DNA of 64,000 nucleotides from Epiperipatus broadwayi (GCA_028023455.1 JAQFVV010000001.1:12958001-13022000); one strand, 5' to 3'; shown: positions 38,849 to 54,020, numbered from the stretch's first letter. The notes: generated from the letters alone by a model not told the origin. Numbers and translations are program-made.

Positions 38849-40299
38849 AAATAACCACGAGTGACAAAATTCTTATAGTTGCTTTTTTGGTTAGCACTCT
38901 TAAAGTAAACATAATGTCAAACGTCATAGGTTTATAATTGTTATATTTTTATGAATTTATATTAAAATAATATCAAAGTGATTTGAATAAATAAAATTTT
39001 TGATGTTTATTATGATAAATAAAAACCTAATATAAAAACTGTTTTGGAAGAAGTATTATTATTGCCATTTATGATATATATTCAAGTTGACTTAATTTGT
39101 TAATAATATCGTAAATATCTGAATTATCATTGGGATTGATTTGTGGACAATTGATAAAATAAACATTAGATAACACACTACAGAGCTAAAGCTGTTTCAA
39201 AAACTATCTGCAAAAAAACAAATTAAAAGAAAAGAGCCTGTCCAGTGATGAAGATTTACCAATCAAATAATTAGACGTTTAGCTGGGTTAGCTGATTAAC
39301 TAAATATGTATATCTGCTTGGAACCTGAAAAAAAAAAAAACCGCTCGTTGCACTCAAATTCGATTCAACTCTATGATAAGTTTTTAACAATTGCTCTATC
39401 CACAAATTCTCCTGTTGATTTATACAATATTTATTATTTATTACTGTGGAGTAGTATATTTTCTTTATAGGTAAGAGCGAAAATAATAGTAAATAACACC
39501 GAACATCTGCAGCTATGCTTGTATTTAAAATGACGTTATAAAATATTTATAAATAACATTTTTTAATTTTGCTTTTTTTAAAATGCAAACACAATCCATA
39601 AACTCTTATACATAGTATATTCTTTAGATAATTATTTGAGATTATTGAATTATAAAACAAACTTAAGTTTGGGGAAATGTTACTTTAAATGAAAAAAAAA
39701 TATTTTAGACTTTTTTTTTTTAAATATACATCACATGTGTTAACTAAAAAGATAACTTTTGATTCCTTTTTTATGCCTTAAAGTAAATTCATAATGTTCA
39801 CTCCATGCTTTTTTGTCATTGTAGCTATTATTACTACATAATTATTTATATAACAAATAAATATGGATGGACAACTCATTGTTAGTATTAGACATATGGT
39901 GAGTTTACTGCTTTTTAATCTCTGACTTGAAGACCAACCTTGGTCTTTCTTTTCAGTTGACTGGTAGTTTTTAACTCAAACATTAGTTAATGTTTTCCTG
40001 AAGGCAGGGCAAATGTATATATATGTGATCTTTTTTGTATATATTTATCATGATTTCTAAATTAAATTATGACCCTTATTCCCAAGATCCTGTAAAATCA
40101 TCATCCAAGGCAGTAATATATGGCTAGAGATAGAGAGTACTAAGAATTTCCTGAATGTAGACCTAGATTACAATCCATGTTGCCCTTTAATTTAGATACC
40201 CACCATTGCATTTCGATTTCAAGTGAAGAAAGATTACATGAATTCAAAAAATTTCAAATTTGTGCAATTAGGAAAAAAAAAGTGAAGAATTGATTTGAA

Positions 40300-42490
40300 A
40301 ATTGAATATGTCCATTATTACAGAAGCACAAATATTGGGAGACAAGTAGAGTAGGATTTTTTATAAATAAAAAGTAAAATAACATTGTAGAGATTTATGA
40401 TATATGTGTCAAGATTACTCATTCAACTTAATGAAAAATATATAAATGTACAAAATACTTTTCATCATATCAAACATTTTCAAATTTTCATGAGAGACTT
40501 TAAAGCTGAAACTGGGAAATGATTTGAAGATAAAACTGCTATGAGTAAATTTGGTTATGATGCCAGCTGTGAAACAGAACACAAATTTGTAGAATTTGTA
40601 AAAAAAAAAAATTATATATTATGAATGTTTTTTGAGAAACTTGTAAAATGGAAATAAACATGGGAACACACAAATGAAGGTATAGCAGAATTGGATTATA
40701 TTTTGACTAACAGAAAATATATATTTCAAAAGTAATGATCTTAAAAGAATCAATACCGGAAGTAATTATCGATTAGTGAACAAAACTAGAGAGATAAAAA
40801 CTATTAAAAAATATAGTATTAACAATTGATATTTCTAATCTTCAGAAATACACTAAAGAATTTAACTTATAACATTCTAATCATTAGAAAATATTGACAG
40901 ACTCTTCAAATTTTTAATTAAGGTCTGATAAGAAAATAACTGACACTCCATTGAAAACTTTAACCAAAGTAGCAAATACAAAAAAGAAGCAATTTTTCAG
41001 TAAATCTTCAACTGGACAAAACAATGTGTGAAGAAAAAAACAATTATGAAAATACTCAAAAATAATCCTTTAAGAAGAATCAGTATTTGGAGTTCTGTAA
41101 AATGGCATGAAAAAAGCTTGATAATCATGTAAAAAAATATAACTGTAAATTGACAAAGAAAACTATAGAAGAAAATAAGTTTCAAAAGACTCAGCATTAA
41201 AAACGATGGAACTCTTACTAAGAAAGAAAGATGACATTAGAAATGTATGGAATAATTCAATAATTATATAGTAACAAAGAATAAAAAAACAAAATAATTG
41301 CAATTACTGCATCTTTTGAATTTAAACATCACATGATCACCATTTCTTATGCTTGCTCATAACTGTTATTAAAACAGGAAAAACTCTCCATACAGTAGTG
41401 CCCTTAGCGTAAGTCAGAATAATCACATATCCAAGGCTTCTCACTAACTAAGGCCATAAGTCAGAAACTAGTCTGGGGATATTGGATGAGTAGGCTCTAG
41501 ATAGGGGTTTTATGCACAAGCCTTCTGGCATCCATTGATTACTCTGGCTTGCACTGAGTGGCACTATTGTATGGAGAGTTTTGCCTGTTTTAATCTTTTG
41601 TGTTTCTGAGTATTTTAAATGAAGAAGTAAGATGTGCAGTTAAATTTATAAAGGAAAAAAAGTTCCAAGAAATAATGGAATTATTGATCTAGTAAAAGAA
41701 TGGGCAAAATTATATTCTAAAATATTTACATGATAATGATGTTCCAGATATTAGAATTATGCAGAAATGCATATTGATATTTAAGAATATGATATTAAAA
41801 ATTACAGATCTACTAATCCCCTATCAGTTATATACAAAATCTTTAGAAAGATAATTAAATTCAATCTAACTAAAAAAATAAGTTGAATTTGAAAGTGGTT
41901 TTAGCATAGTAAATCATATCCAAGCATTAAAAAAGTTATAGAAAGATTAATGAATATGAATTGTCATTATGCTTTGGATTTATAAATTATGAAAAGGCAT
42001 TTGATTTTATCCAGACTATCCTATGATATTCTAAAAAATATATGTAATAGCAATGATTAGATTACATAATGATATTAAAAAGATTAACAATAAGGTTGCA
42101 TGATGGGATGATTTCATATCTTCAAAATTTTGTAGATTGAAATTGAAAGTTAAGGGAAGAAAAATACATGGAGATTATTTAACTTGTATAAATTTTGTAG
42201 ATTAGATGCTTGTTATCACGACTAGTGTTTCATATGTTTTAAGAGTAAGCAGATGAAACTGAGAAGATAGATCTAAAGATGAATCACATGCTAAAGGGAC
42301 TAAAATAATGTTCAGTGATTTTATCAAAGGAAAATGAAGATTGATAATTATGAATTAAGAAAAAATAATGACTACAAATATCTTGGTTAGATTAAATAAG
42401 ATAAAATTATTCATAGAATTAATCTTAGATGGAATGCTTTTGTAGAAATAATTTGTATTAAAAAGTATGCTTATGTCTTTGAAAAGGAAG
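40300..42490 (+). mobile_element. Degraded RTE-clade LINE (APE + RT), interrupted by a family A element
   Basis: MRDFKAETG (GDFNA), ELDYILTN, DIKNYRSTNPLSVIYKIF and FINYEKAFD. Boundaries approximate. Confidence 0.8.
41319..41592. mobile_element. Family A foldback (tail on the left) with an 8-bp TSD and a degenerate HHR
   Basis: ATCTTTTG at 41311-41318 and 41593-41600. HHR remnant TTCTCA-CTAACTA-AGGCCATAAGTCA-GAAACTAGTC-TGGGG. Confidence 0.85.
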
Positions 42491-42530
42491 ATTTTTTAAT
42501 AGTTATTTTTTTAAACCATTAAAATTTTTT

Positions 42531-42630
42531 CCAGAAGGTTGTGCACCGTAATCCCTATCCAATGCATTCCCATTCAATATTCTGATTAGTTTCAAACTTA
42601 TGGCTTTCACCAATGAGGAGCTCTAAGTCT
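42531..42630 (-). mobile_element. Family A single-arm fragment with a degenerate HHR
   Basis: Homologous to 76-175; the reverse complement gives TTGGTGA-AAGC-CATAA-GTTT-GAAACTAATC. Confidence 0.6.
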
Positions 42631-45600
42631 GGGATCAAAGCAACTGGATTTGGGATTTAATATACCATTCCAGCTATCAGTCAAAACTGTAAACACAATA
42701 ATGACAAATATTGAGAGTGAATGCTAAAAATACAAATTTAACAAAATCATTGAAAGGAGATCTTTAACTGCTGAAATGTGTTTACTATCCTTTCAGTCCT
42801 AGTGATAACAATAGAATATTTTGATAGTGGCATGAAGATGTAATGTGCTCATTATGTTTCATGGAGTAGTATGTATCAACACTGGACTTAGGAACTTGCC
42901 TCTAAGTCTTAAAATTGAGCAAGGCTTAAGCTTTATGTTTGATATTAGGAGTGTTTGTTATGGATAGTAGTAAACCATGACCATGAGTCTCCTAGTCTCA
43001 TAATTTCTCCATGAGTTAAAGCTGAATTTTACCCAATATTTTTTATATATATTCTGGGATTTAAAATGCTTGTGGTGTCTAAATGAAGAGAGCTCTTCTG
43101 TTATTCATGTTGCATTGTCTACTTATGATTTGATGTAATTTTTCTACCTAAGCAAGGATTGCAAGTTGGTGTTTATATTATTCAAATTGTTAGAAGCCAG
43201 ACAAATCTCTATTTAGAAAAAACAATAATGTACATATTATTACTAATATAGTAAGAAAACAGTTAAGATAGTTCAAAAAGGATGATACCAGCTCATAAGG
43301 TTAAACAAATGAAAACAGCTGAGCATATTGAAAATCAAACAATTAAATATAAAGTTAAAATAAAATTATACAATTGAAATAAAATTGGATAATGCAAATA
43401 TATGTCATGAAAAGTAATTCAAATTAATTTTACTCCTCATTGTGGGAAGGGAATATTGTAACCTTTTATAGTTAGCTGTAAATATAAATAGAAAGTCATT
43501 ATAATAATGTATAGACAGGGAAAGAGAGAAAGTAGACTGAATTTCAGTAGTAATGACAGATTATGTCAGTACTCTCTTGTTTAGACATTTTTTATGTTTG
43601 AGCAAAGGAAAAAAAGGAATTATAAAATAATAACATCTTATGATTGCATTGAAAAGAAAATAAACTTGACTGAAATTTATTTATTGTAAAAGAAATTAAT
43701 ATTAAATGTGATTTATTTTAAAATAAATTCACATTTGTATATATATTTTCTCCATCTCCCGTTCTTGCTCTTTCTTGTTTTTAAATTTTAAAAAAATTGT
43801 TGCTTATAATGAAAGATGTAACTAAAAATTGATTTATTAAAACAGATAAGATAAATTTGAAGTAGACAGCTTGGTGTTGGGAAACATATTTTTGAAACTA
43901 TATTTTGAAAGTATAGTGATGATTGGCTGTAAATTGGCTGAGATAATTGATTTAAATCAATGTATTTCGCTATCAAAGAAAATGGCAGAGACTTATTCAT
44001 TCCATTCATAATGAAATAAAATGCAGAAATCTGTAAATTTTTCAATGGGAGAAGAATATTTTCAAAATCATGAGAAAATAACTATGAAATGACTGATCAA
44101 ACTAAGTATTTGTGCTGCTGTAATATGAATTGTTAGTGCTTCTCTACAAATATTCATTTCTGCTTTAATATGTAGACCCACATAAAAAGAAATTTACAAA
44201 AATACAGTTCCAGTCTAAAAAGAAAAGTGCCGTCCATCATGTGTGAAAAAATGTTTTCTTGTTCAGAGAGTGAAATAATAGTTGCTGACTTCAAAATTCT
44301 ACTGATGTGTAACATGTGATTAGATCATAGTAAAGAAGAAATCTATCAAGGATGATCATTCTTTCTCGGAGAGCAATCAAATTAAAGAGTTTTCTATCCT
44401 AAGGATAAATAAATACTTAACCATTTATGACCAGCCTGAAATAAAAAGAATTAAGGATAAAATAATAGACTTAATAATTTGTGACTAGCCTGAAGTAATA
44501 ATAAGAATATAATTGATAATTACATCTTAGAAATAAGTATATTTAATAAGCCACCTGAGACAATGGATTAACTGATGGAAGAACTATGGAAGAATTGGAT
44601 TTGGAGTGTTAAAACTAAATATTTCAGAAATTGGAAGTTTATTACAAATTAAGATGTAAACTTACATTAATAGAAACACTTTGTAAGGTTATTTCATGTA
44701 TATATGTCATATATGATAAATGATACATAAGTTCATAAACTAATATTTATTTATTTAATTATAAATACAGATATGGATTATTCTTAATACTAATATATTT
44801 TACTTTACAATGAATTATATACAGTATTTGTCTGTGTATTTATGTTAAGTGGAATATTATATATGTTTTCTGGAATTTTATTTGATTATTGTTTTCATGT
44901 TTATAATAAACACATTTGATGAGGTATAGGGGAGGGGGATTTTTTAGTTTGAAGTAATGAAATAGAGTATAAGGGAAGTTATTAAAAGTTATTATGCGAT
45001 ATAAAAATTATATCATGTTAAATGCCTTATCATGCGTTTTATTTGTATTTTTACCATTTGTTAAAGTTCATTATTTGAGGGGAGAATGTTGACACATTGA
45101 TATTATATAATTATTACTGCTTGGACTAAAGAAATGTTGAGTTTGAAACGTTGGCCTTACACTTTCTCAAATTCAATAAAATTAAATAATTAAATTATGC
45201 AATATCTTGGTTAAGTTTCTATTGTTCCAAGCTCAGTGTGGATGGAATTACAACATAATAAATGAAGATTTGAACATGGATTCCTGGCCATTCCTTGAAG
45301 AAGTAATAAGGTGTCACAGTAATGAATTTTGATGAAATGTATTAACCCAAACAAATGAAATATATACAGAGAACTCAAGTGATTTAAACTACATTCACTT
45401 TATATACAGGTAGATGGGTATACTAATAATAGATTCATATCTACTTAAACGAATGATGAAGAGCAGGAAATATTGCTGTTATTTAGCTAATATTATCAGC
45501 AATAAGCTTAAAAACTGGTGAAACTTCTCAATATGCTAATCATTAATTTTTTGATTAGTTTCAAGATAAAATCCTGTTACCAATATATAAATTTATAGAA

Positions 45601-46004
45601 AGCAAATGAAAGAAATAATAGATGTTTAGTCTCTGCTAATTTAATCTTAAATGATGTGATAATAAATTTTTATTGCTTAGCAAATAATGAGAATGATGTT
45701 GAAATGGGCGAATTTGATGCACCACCTTGTTAAACTTAACATTGAATTGTCTTTCTTTTCCTTTATAAATTCAATTCAAATAAAATGTCATTTACAAACA
45801 TATTTATAAAAATTTTAGTTAATTAAAATATAGTATATATATAAAATTAAACTATTTGTGTACCTTATTCTGCTTTATAACAGTTGTTTGTAAGAAATTC
45901 TTTTTTAACATTCTTATTTATAAAATTATTAAAAAAAATTAATTCTATTTAGAAGGTAATAATTCATCATCACTTTGCACTGAAGTATAATAAATGCAAG
46001 GATA

Positions 46005-46590
46005 CTTTCACTCCAGCTACAAGATAAAGACTTTGAGAAAATAAGAATGACTATCTTTTATACGAACCTAAATGCATTTATATAGGCCAATCTTAAATGA
46101 CTTGGAATAAGAGCATAAATATATTAAATCATTCATTTTATATCCATTTATTAACATTTAAGAAATATTAAAATTTACTTCATGCTAATATTAGAGGATG
46201 TTAAACTGTAATAATCAATGAATTTTACTAGTGCAGTGTCATATTGGTAGCATGAAGTCAATTTTAATATTTTATAAGTGCTAATAAAATTATTTAAAAA
46301 ATGTATATTTACTAAGCATGTGTGCTTGAAAAATGCAAAGGTAGGGACTTCTACAGGTCTTAACCACAAGCTTACACATTGGAAGAAAATAGGGGAACCC
46401 TTCTTTACTTCAACTAAAATGAATGATGTAATATATTCACATTCTTGTTCAAAGACACTTAAGATTGGCCTATGTTATTTTCTCAAGTCTTTATCTTTAT
46501 AGTACAGAGCAAGTGAAGAGGGGTTATTATCTTCTAAACAGAACTACAATCTGACACTGTGCTAGTAAAATTCATTGGTTATTAAAAGTT
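46005..46590. repeat. Old foldback / MITE-like inverted repeat cluster
   Basis: ATAGGCCAATCTTAA...ATCATTCATTTTA (about 46062-46140) is inverted at about 46415-46475. AATGAATTTTACTAG at about 46217 is inverted at about 46561. Confidence 0.6.
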
Positions 46591-46974
46591 TTTAAGTTTT
46601 TTACTGTTTAATTGTAACTTTTTAATTTTTAACAATTTACATTTTTTCTGCAAAATAAGCAAAACTCATCTAAAATAGCTATTATGTGTCTTTATTATTA
46701 TTATTCTGTAATTTTTTTAAGCTGTGCAATTTTTAAAAAATACTAATTTGTAAAAGATAACTAACGTGGTGCTGAATTTAGCCAATGTTATTTAAAGATT
46801 AAAGTTTGTAATTAATTTTTTTTTTGATTATTTGTAAATGGTAAACTAAAATTAAATGCAAACATTTTTTCCATTTAACATTCTGCCACATATTAAAATA
46901 AAATCATATAAAGAAACTTACAAAAATATGCATTTTAAAGCATATCAGTTATTAGATAAATTGTACTTACATAT

Positions 46975-48130
46975 CATCTAAATCATCATCATCATATTAA
47001 CTATTCTTAATCCACTGCAGGATGAAAATTCCTCCAAGTTTAATTCAATTTTTCGGATTCATATCTTGTATTCATATCATTCTAGTAAACTTTCTTATCT
47101 CAGACCCTAAATTCTTTTAATGATGTTGGGGATACTTGTTAATTTTCTCACTCACATATTTCACTTTTAATTCCTTTGTATAACCACCAAAATATATTTT
47201 TCCACACTTTGTAGTTTAGTCTAAACTCTTTGTGTTGTTGTTTTTTAAATATATATCCAAGTCTTAGAACAATATGTAAGAAATAATAAAACACATCTAT
47301 TAAAACACATTCTTCAAACATATGCATATTTTTATTTAAATATTATTTTATTTCTATTAAAAGTATTTTACGCAAGTTTAACTTTATGATTAATTTTTTT
47401 CCATTATGTTTTCATCTATATTAATAATATGAACAAGTTATTTGAAGTTTCTAATTAATTCATTATTATCAATTTTTATTTTTTCCTCTTCTAAAAAGCC
47501 TTGAACATTACTTTAGACTTTATAGAATTTATTTTTAATCCTACTTTATGGTTTTATGTAATAACTTTTGTAACATTTTATGAAGCTGTAAAGCACTCCC
47601 TCACATAAAATTATATCACCACCTCCTAAATCTAGCTGATTTAAATAAAATCTATTTATTTTTGTCTTATAGCTTTCTATTTTAATTCATTAAATGATTT
47701 CTGTAATATTGCGATAGTTTTGGAGGTGTGGATTCCTGTTTTGTACAATAATATCAATGTTAATCTTTTTGTATCACCATGCAATTGTATTTGATAAATT
47801 TAAAATTTAAGATTATTTTGGGTTTATATCTTGATGTTTCATAGCTTTAATCACATGCCAATAAATGCTTATAGAATGTCTAAATCCAAAACAAATGGTA
47901 ATTCATACTCATTAGTTTTTCCTATAAGTTCTTTTGATATTTATATTTAATCTATTGCATTCAAACTAATTTTTAAATTCAGCACATTTCTTTTGCAGCT
48001 TTGAGTCCAAGGTTTTCTGTGAAAAACTTGTAATGAACTTAGTAAAAATCTTGTATCGAACTGACAAAAACTGATAGGTGTTTATAATATTTAATTGTTT
48101 TGTTTGCATTCTTCAAATTATCTGCTACAT
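46975..48130 (-). mobile_element. Degraded 5'-truncated RTE LINE
   Basis: RTE-type 3' end (reverse complement of ATCCACTGCAGGATGAA with an (ATC)n tail), the same as at 55374, followed by an RT-like remnant. Confidence 0.65.
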
Positions 48131-49656
48131 CTTCATTATATAGAAATATGTGACTTTGCAGATCTCTATGTCCCCCCTGCTTCTTTTAAGATGATAAATT
48201 CCATTACTTCTTAGAGATTTTTTTGTTTTTTCATATACATGTAATTGCTTGTATTACTTTTCATTTAAAATAGTTGGCATTTCAAAAGATAATAGTTATT
48301 TTGTTTTCTTATTCTATATTGCAATATAGTTCTTAGTAGAATTCTTTCATTTATAGTTTTAAAACTTCTGCCTTTTATAGCTTTTTTATTATATATTTTT
48401 TGTATATCATTACTAATTCTTTTTTAATAATAATCAGAAAATAATAAATCCTTTACAACAGCTATATAAATATCAACATTTTTTATACATTAAAAGCCTT
48501 TTGTACTATTTTACAAAATGTCAGCTGTTCAGTTTTTCTTAATCGATCATTTAAATAGTTTTTCTCAGTTGAAAATTCACTAGGGAATTGCTGATTGTTT
48601 GTACTAGTTATCTGTGAAGGCATTTTTAGTTTAGTAGATTAGCTTCTTATTTATTAATGCAGCAATATGAAAGGTGGACTCTAGAAATCAAACTTTCACT
48701 GATTTTTAACAAGGGAAAAACAATAATAATAAAAATAATTTTATTTTGGACAAAGAATGGAACTATTGTTCTCAGCCAGATCTTGAAAATCTAATTGAAA
48801 GATTTATTTATTTATCTTACTATATGAGTTAGACAGTGATAGAATGATGGACTCCAGACCTAAAGATCTCTAAATATGGACACAAAAAGAAATTAACTGT
48901 GCAATTAATTAAAAATATTTGTTTTTGTTTAATTTATAACATCATAATACAAGTTTATAAAATGGATTCCAATTAGTATTTTATGCCTTCTGGATTTATA
49001 TCGGCAATTTTTATGGTAAACATATTTGTCATTTAAACAGCACTTAATGTAAATAGTATCACCTTTGTTCCCAATGGTCTGAAAAAAAATTTGATTCAGA
49101 ATCATTTGGAAAGAACACATGTTTATCAGTTGGACAAAAGCAAATCTAACTTTTTTTACCAGTGCATATCTCACTTTTAAACTCAAATAAATTAGAATGC
49201 ATAGATCTTTGATAGTGATTATAAAACGTTATCAAAATGTAAGATAATTTTTTTTATAAATACTATATAATTCATATTAAAAAAATGCAAATTTTTATAA
49301 AAAGAAATGGAAGAAACATTTTTAATGACATCTATCTATAAATTATGAACAATTTTTGTTAATTAATTAATAAAGATTATAAAATTGTAATTCTTTCTGA
49401 ATTCTGAATACCCTTTTACATTACTATGCAGCTGTTTGTATGGCTGTAATATACTTTTTTACAGCTACTTCTAGCATTTATTTGCCAGTTTTGTGTTTAT
49501 TTTATGGCAAAAACTAAAACTAAGATAATATTGATTTATTAATTTTTTTTTAAATCATAAGATATTAGTATTAAACAGATAAAATATACAAAAGAGCGGA
49601 TGCCTCACTCAAGTGTCACTGATTGGTAATTTTTTTTCTTTCCACCTGGGAATTCT

Positions 49657-50075
49657 CAAGCATACTTACTTTTTAGCTAGATTCCAAAACTAAAACATTT
49701 TTTTATTTCCATAGTTTATTTACATATTTATGATTATTATTGCAGAATGTTTAATTAAATATTTATTATTTTAGAAGAATAATGTAATTATATTCAAATT
49801 TTATTCAAAAATATTTACTTTTAAAAGAAGACAAGTTAAAAAAAAATTAATAACTTTCAGCCATTTGTAAACACTTTCAAGCATATTCATTCTTTTTTGT
49901 TAGATTTCAAAAGCATATACTTTCCATAGTTTGTTTATATATTTAGTATTATTTTAGCAGAATGTTTGTGTATTATTTATTTTTTAAAATAATAATATTA
50001 TTCAATTTAGATTTTATTCAAAAATATTTATTTTTAGAAGAAGACAAGTCAAGAGAAATCAATAACATACAACCA
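49657..50075. repeat. Diverged tandem duplication of about 220 bp
   Basis: CAAGCATA...TTTCCATAGTTT...GCAGAATGTTT...ATTTTATTCAAAAATATTTA...GAAGACAAGT occurs twice. Confidence 0.75.
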
Positions 50076-51699
50076 CAATTTATAATTGGCTGAAAATTAA
50101 TTAGTATTATAAAACATTTTTGAATGTTGCAGAGTTCCAAAATTCTTTATTTATAATAGTATTATGAAAAAGAAAACAATGATAATCATTTATTTAATTG
50201 CATTTCATATTGTTGACCTTTGATCTTTTAAATTGCAGAATGGATTACTTAAGAGTAATATTCATTTTTCATTAATTTATTTACAGAAATCATTGTAGTG
50301 AAAAATGTATTAACTTTTAAAAAAACTATAAATGTGTTTTAAATGCTTTAAAAAATTATAAAATAAATAAGCAATATATAAATATATTATTTTTAATAAT
50401 AGCATGTGTGAATGCAAAAAAAAGAAATTAAATTGGACAATTTTTTTTATTCACAAATTTGCATACTAAATTGAATATATGTAAATAGCAAATTATAATT
50501 TGCATTTAAATTTAATTTTATTTTGACTAAAAAAAAATATAGTAGTAATCCATTCTCATCATTTCACCCTCAAACCTTGTATCTACAAAAACAGGTTATC
50601 AATGGATATGAAATGAGAATACTCATCAACTACTTATGCTAAAATAGATTATTCTTAAATAGAATAATAAAATGGGTTATTGTTTTTAATGGAAATATTA
50701 AATATTAGGATAACTTTTTCACTATCAACTCCTATTAGATTTATTTTGATAGCCTCTAGTGGCCATTTGATTATATTTGCAACATTTTATTTAAACAATT
50801 AGACTATTATTTTAAATTATATTTCAACCAGATGCACCAGGCCTTGAAAAAGTATGTGTTTTTTTAATTGGTTGCTTTAACAATTTATTTTAAAAATTTA
50901 ATGTAAATTAATAAAAGACTTTAAATGTGAGAATTATATGTTGGTCTTAAAGACTGTCATTACAGCGGAATACAAAAACTCCAAGTTTCAACCAATTGTT
51001 TTTGTAATAACTGATTGTTATAACAATTTTTTTAAAGATTTAATATTAATTAAACTAAACATTTTAATATTACATAAACAAATTTCCAAATTTTAATAAA
51101 GTTAAATTAAAATTTATATTTTTAAATATACTTGTTATATTTAACAATGTTAAAGTGCAAATATATATTTACTGAAATGCCTCTGAATAAAAAAATTATT
51201 TTTTTTCTTTTTGATAGCATCAATAGTTTTTTTGGCTTTATTAATAGTTATTGTTTATTAATATCAGAATACAAAAACATTGGCCATTTTTGTAATATTT
51301 TTTTTATTATATATAATATTTGTAAATTTTTTATAATTGATTGCTTTAACAATTTTTTTTAAGATTTAATCAAATAAATTAAAAAACAACAACACAGACT
51401 TTTATTTTAAAAATAGCCAATTATTTTCAAAATATATACAATCTGCCCACAAACTTCTTTCTAAATCTTGATTTATTATAATATGAACTATTGTAATTAT
51501 ACAACAATGTTAATTGAAAAAAAGGGCATATGGTTGATTTAATTAAATAATTATAGGGACTTTTTAAGAAATGAATGTAATGAAAAGTTAAGATTGTTTT
51601 GTTAAAAGAAGGTTAAGGTAAGAGGTATTTAGTATTTTGTTATATGTATTATGGAAATTTGTATTTATTGTTTTGTATGTATTTTTAGTTGTTCCTTGA

Positions 51700-52150
51700 T
51701 AAAGACTGTAAAATAATGTAATCAAAATATTGGAGTATATTATTGTATAATTATAATAGTTCATATTATAATAAATCAAGGTTTATAAAAAAGTTTGTGG
51801 GTGGATTTTATATATTTAATGTAAATATGTTTTTTATTCAACATTGCTAAATATGTCATTGATATGAACTATATTAGGAGTTTGACAGATCATGAAACCA
51901 TAGAATGCCTTAAAGTCAGATTATGAATTGGCATTTGTGGTTATTTCTGCAGCTGGATGGGAATCTTTACTGTGAAATATACACTATATTTCTGTAGTTA
52001 AGAGCACTTGTATTGATTTTTCCCTCAGAATTTTTTATTTAATGGTGGAATTACTTCCTTTCATAAATGCAGTGGTTGTGAAATAGACAAACATTCATAT
52101 ATTCACCAATCAGACCTCAGAGAAGATATGAATTTTATATATAAGATAAT
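51700..52150 (-). mobile_element. Possible degraded PLE RT remnant
   Basis: Minus-strand (H/Y)INDIF (YxDD-like) followed by HPQTF. Weak. Confidence 0.3.
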
Positions 52151-53639
52151 TTTCATTTATTATAAATATTCATTTACCAATGAAAAACATTCTAAAAGAT
52201 AATATTTCAATCTTACAGATATAAAAAAAGCAATACATTAAAATACATAATATGATGTTTGTTATATTGCTGATTTAAAAAATATTGAATTAAATATTTG
52301 TTATTGAATTCAATTTTTAAAATCTTAATGAATTATTGTTAAGACATCATAAAGCAATGAAATTCTGTTTTAAAATTTAAAATTACACTTACAATAATTA
52401 AAATATTACAAAAAAATAACTGCTCCAGTGTTTACAAAAGCATTTCTTTTTCAATGAATCTTTAATTCACTTTACTGTAATTATTATTTCACTTAATTTG
52501 TCTTATGAAAAATAAAGCTTTTCAAATAAAATCTTACTGTAATCATGTGTGTTTTTGGTTTAAAATAACTATTTTATAAATATGTTGCAAAAATAAATAT
52601 AGAAAATATACAACTTATCTTTTCAAATCAACTTAAAATAAAAACACTTGCAACTACTATTCTCTTAAAGCACGAAAATAAAGAATCTACCAATCGGCTG
52701 CAGCTAATTTTTATTAGGTTTTCTGTGTGATACTGATATCTTCAGATTTTCTCAAATAATAAATCAATATAAATTTTATCTTGTTTCTGCCATTAAATGA
52801 ATTCAAAACCAAAAAAATAAGGCTATAGATAGCCACAAGAGAATGAAGGTATGCTGAAGATGACCACAGATCCATTGGTAAAGTTACATTAAGGAGTATC
52901 ATGCTAGTTTTTTTATGTATATAATAAGCAATAAAAAATTAACATGATATTATTTTAAACTTATTTTACTAATTATAATAAAAACAATTACAATGTGATG
53001 TACTAATTTGTAAATAATTTATTTAATTATTATTTCTTTTATATTTGAAATTTCTACACATTTCTATGTAGGATGAAAAATAAAATAGCCTTAACAGTTC
53101 ACTGCAGGACGAAGATATTTCCAAACCTTTCTCATAAAGGAGCTGCAAATGAGATCACTTTTTGCTATGCTCAGCAATTGTTGCATGGTAAGATTTTGAA
53201 CAGTTTTTTATCCTTTTACTATCAAGCTAAGAATAGTTAGATCTTCATTTAATAACCATTATTCAATGATTATCTGGAAACTATGCCTTGACAACCTGAG
53301 AAAAGAATACTAAACTTGACTGGAAATTTAAAAAAATCATGTTTACCTGACCTGAGTTTAAATTCTGTTTATTGAATGTATATATCAATTTTTATTAGTC
53401 ATTCTTGTTGAATAAATTATCATATATTTTATTTAAAAAATAAATAATGTTATTTTACGCATTAGTAACAATGCATTCCATATTTTATCCACTCTATAAA
53501 TGACTTAAGTTCATCTCCATGTAGATTTATGTATAATTAAAGATGCCCATGGAGATATTAACAGTTGTTTGTTATTATCACAAATGATTGTGTGATTATA
53601 TATGTGTGTGTATATATAATTCTTAGTCCACCACAGAAT

Positions 53640-54020
53640 TTAATAATATGAATAAAGATATCTGAAAAAGGTATTTCTCCAAAAATGCATTTCTGACTGA
53701 ATCAATACTCTTCATTTGGTCCAGATCACAGTCTCGAACACATTTTCATGATCTTTGAACAATATTTATCAATATGGAATTATTGCATTTTAGACTACAG
53801 GTACCAAATTTTTTATATTCACATTTATAGTAACATCCCTTTTAGAAAAATACTATAATGATTATTATTAATCTCTTATCAAACTAGAGATTATTGTATC
53901 ACTTTTATCCCAGATACATACTTTAAACATTAATTAAAAATCAATATGTGAGTATGAAGAATTTTGCCATTCCGGGATTATTTATCTTTTTCAGATGTAT
54001 TTATTCATGTGAATAAAGTA
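53640..54020. mobile_element. Old family B foldback remnant
   Basis: The minus arm reads GATCTGGACCAA-ATGAAGA-GTATTGATTCAGTCA-GAAA-TGCATT-TTTGG; the plus arm TTATTTATCTTTTTCAGATGTAT is at about 53977. Confidence 0.55.

Noticed and set aside
45121-45160. CTAAAGA...GAAACGTTGG followed by AATAAA, like a PLE 3' hammerhead
   Set aside because: The core has G5A and stems I and II do not pair convincingly. At most a decayed remnant.
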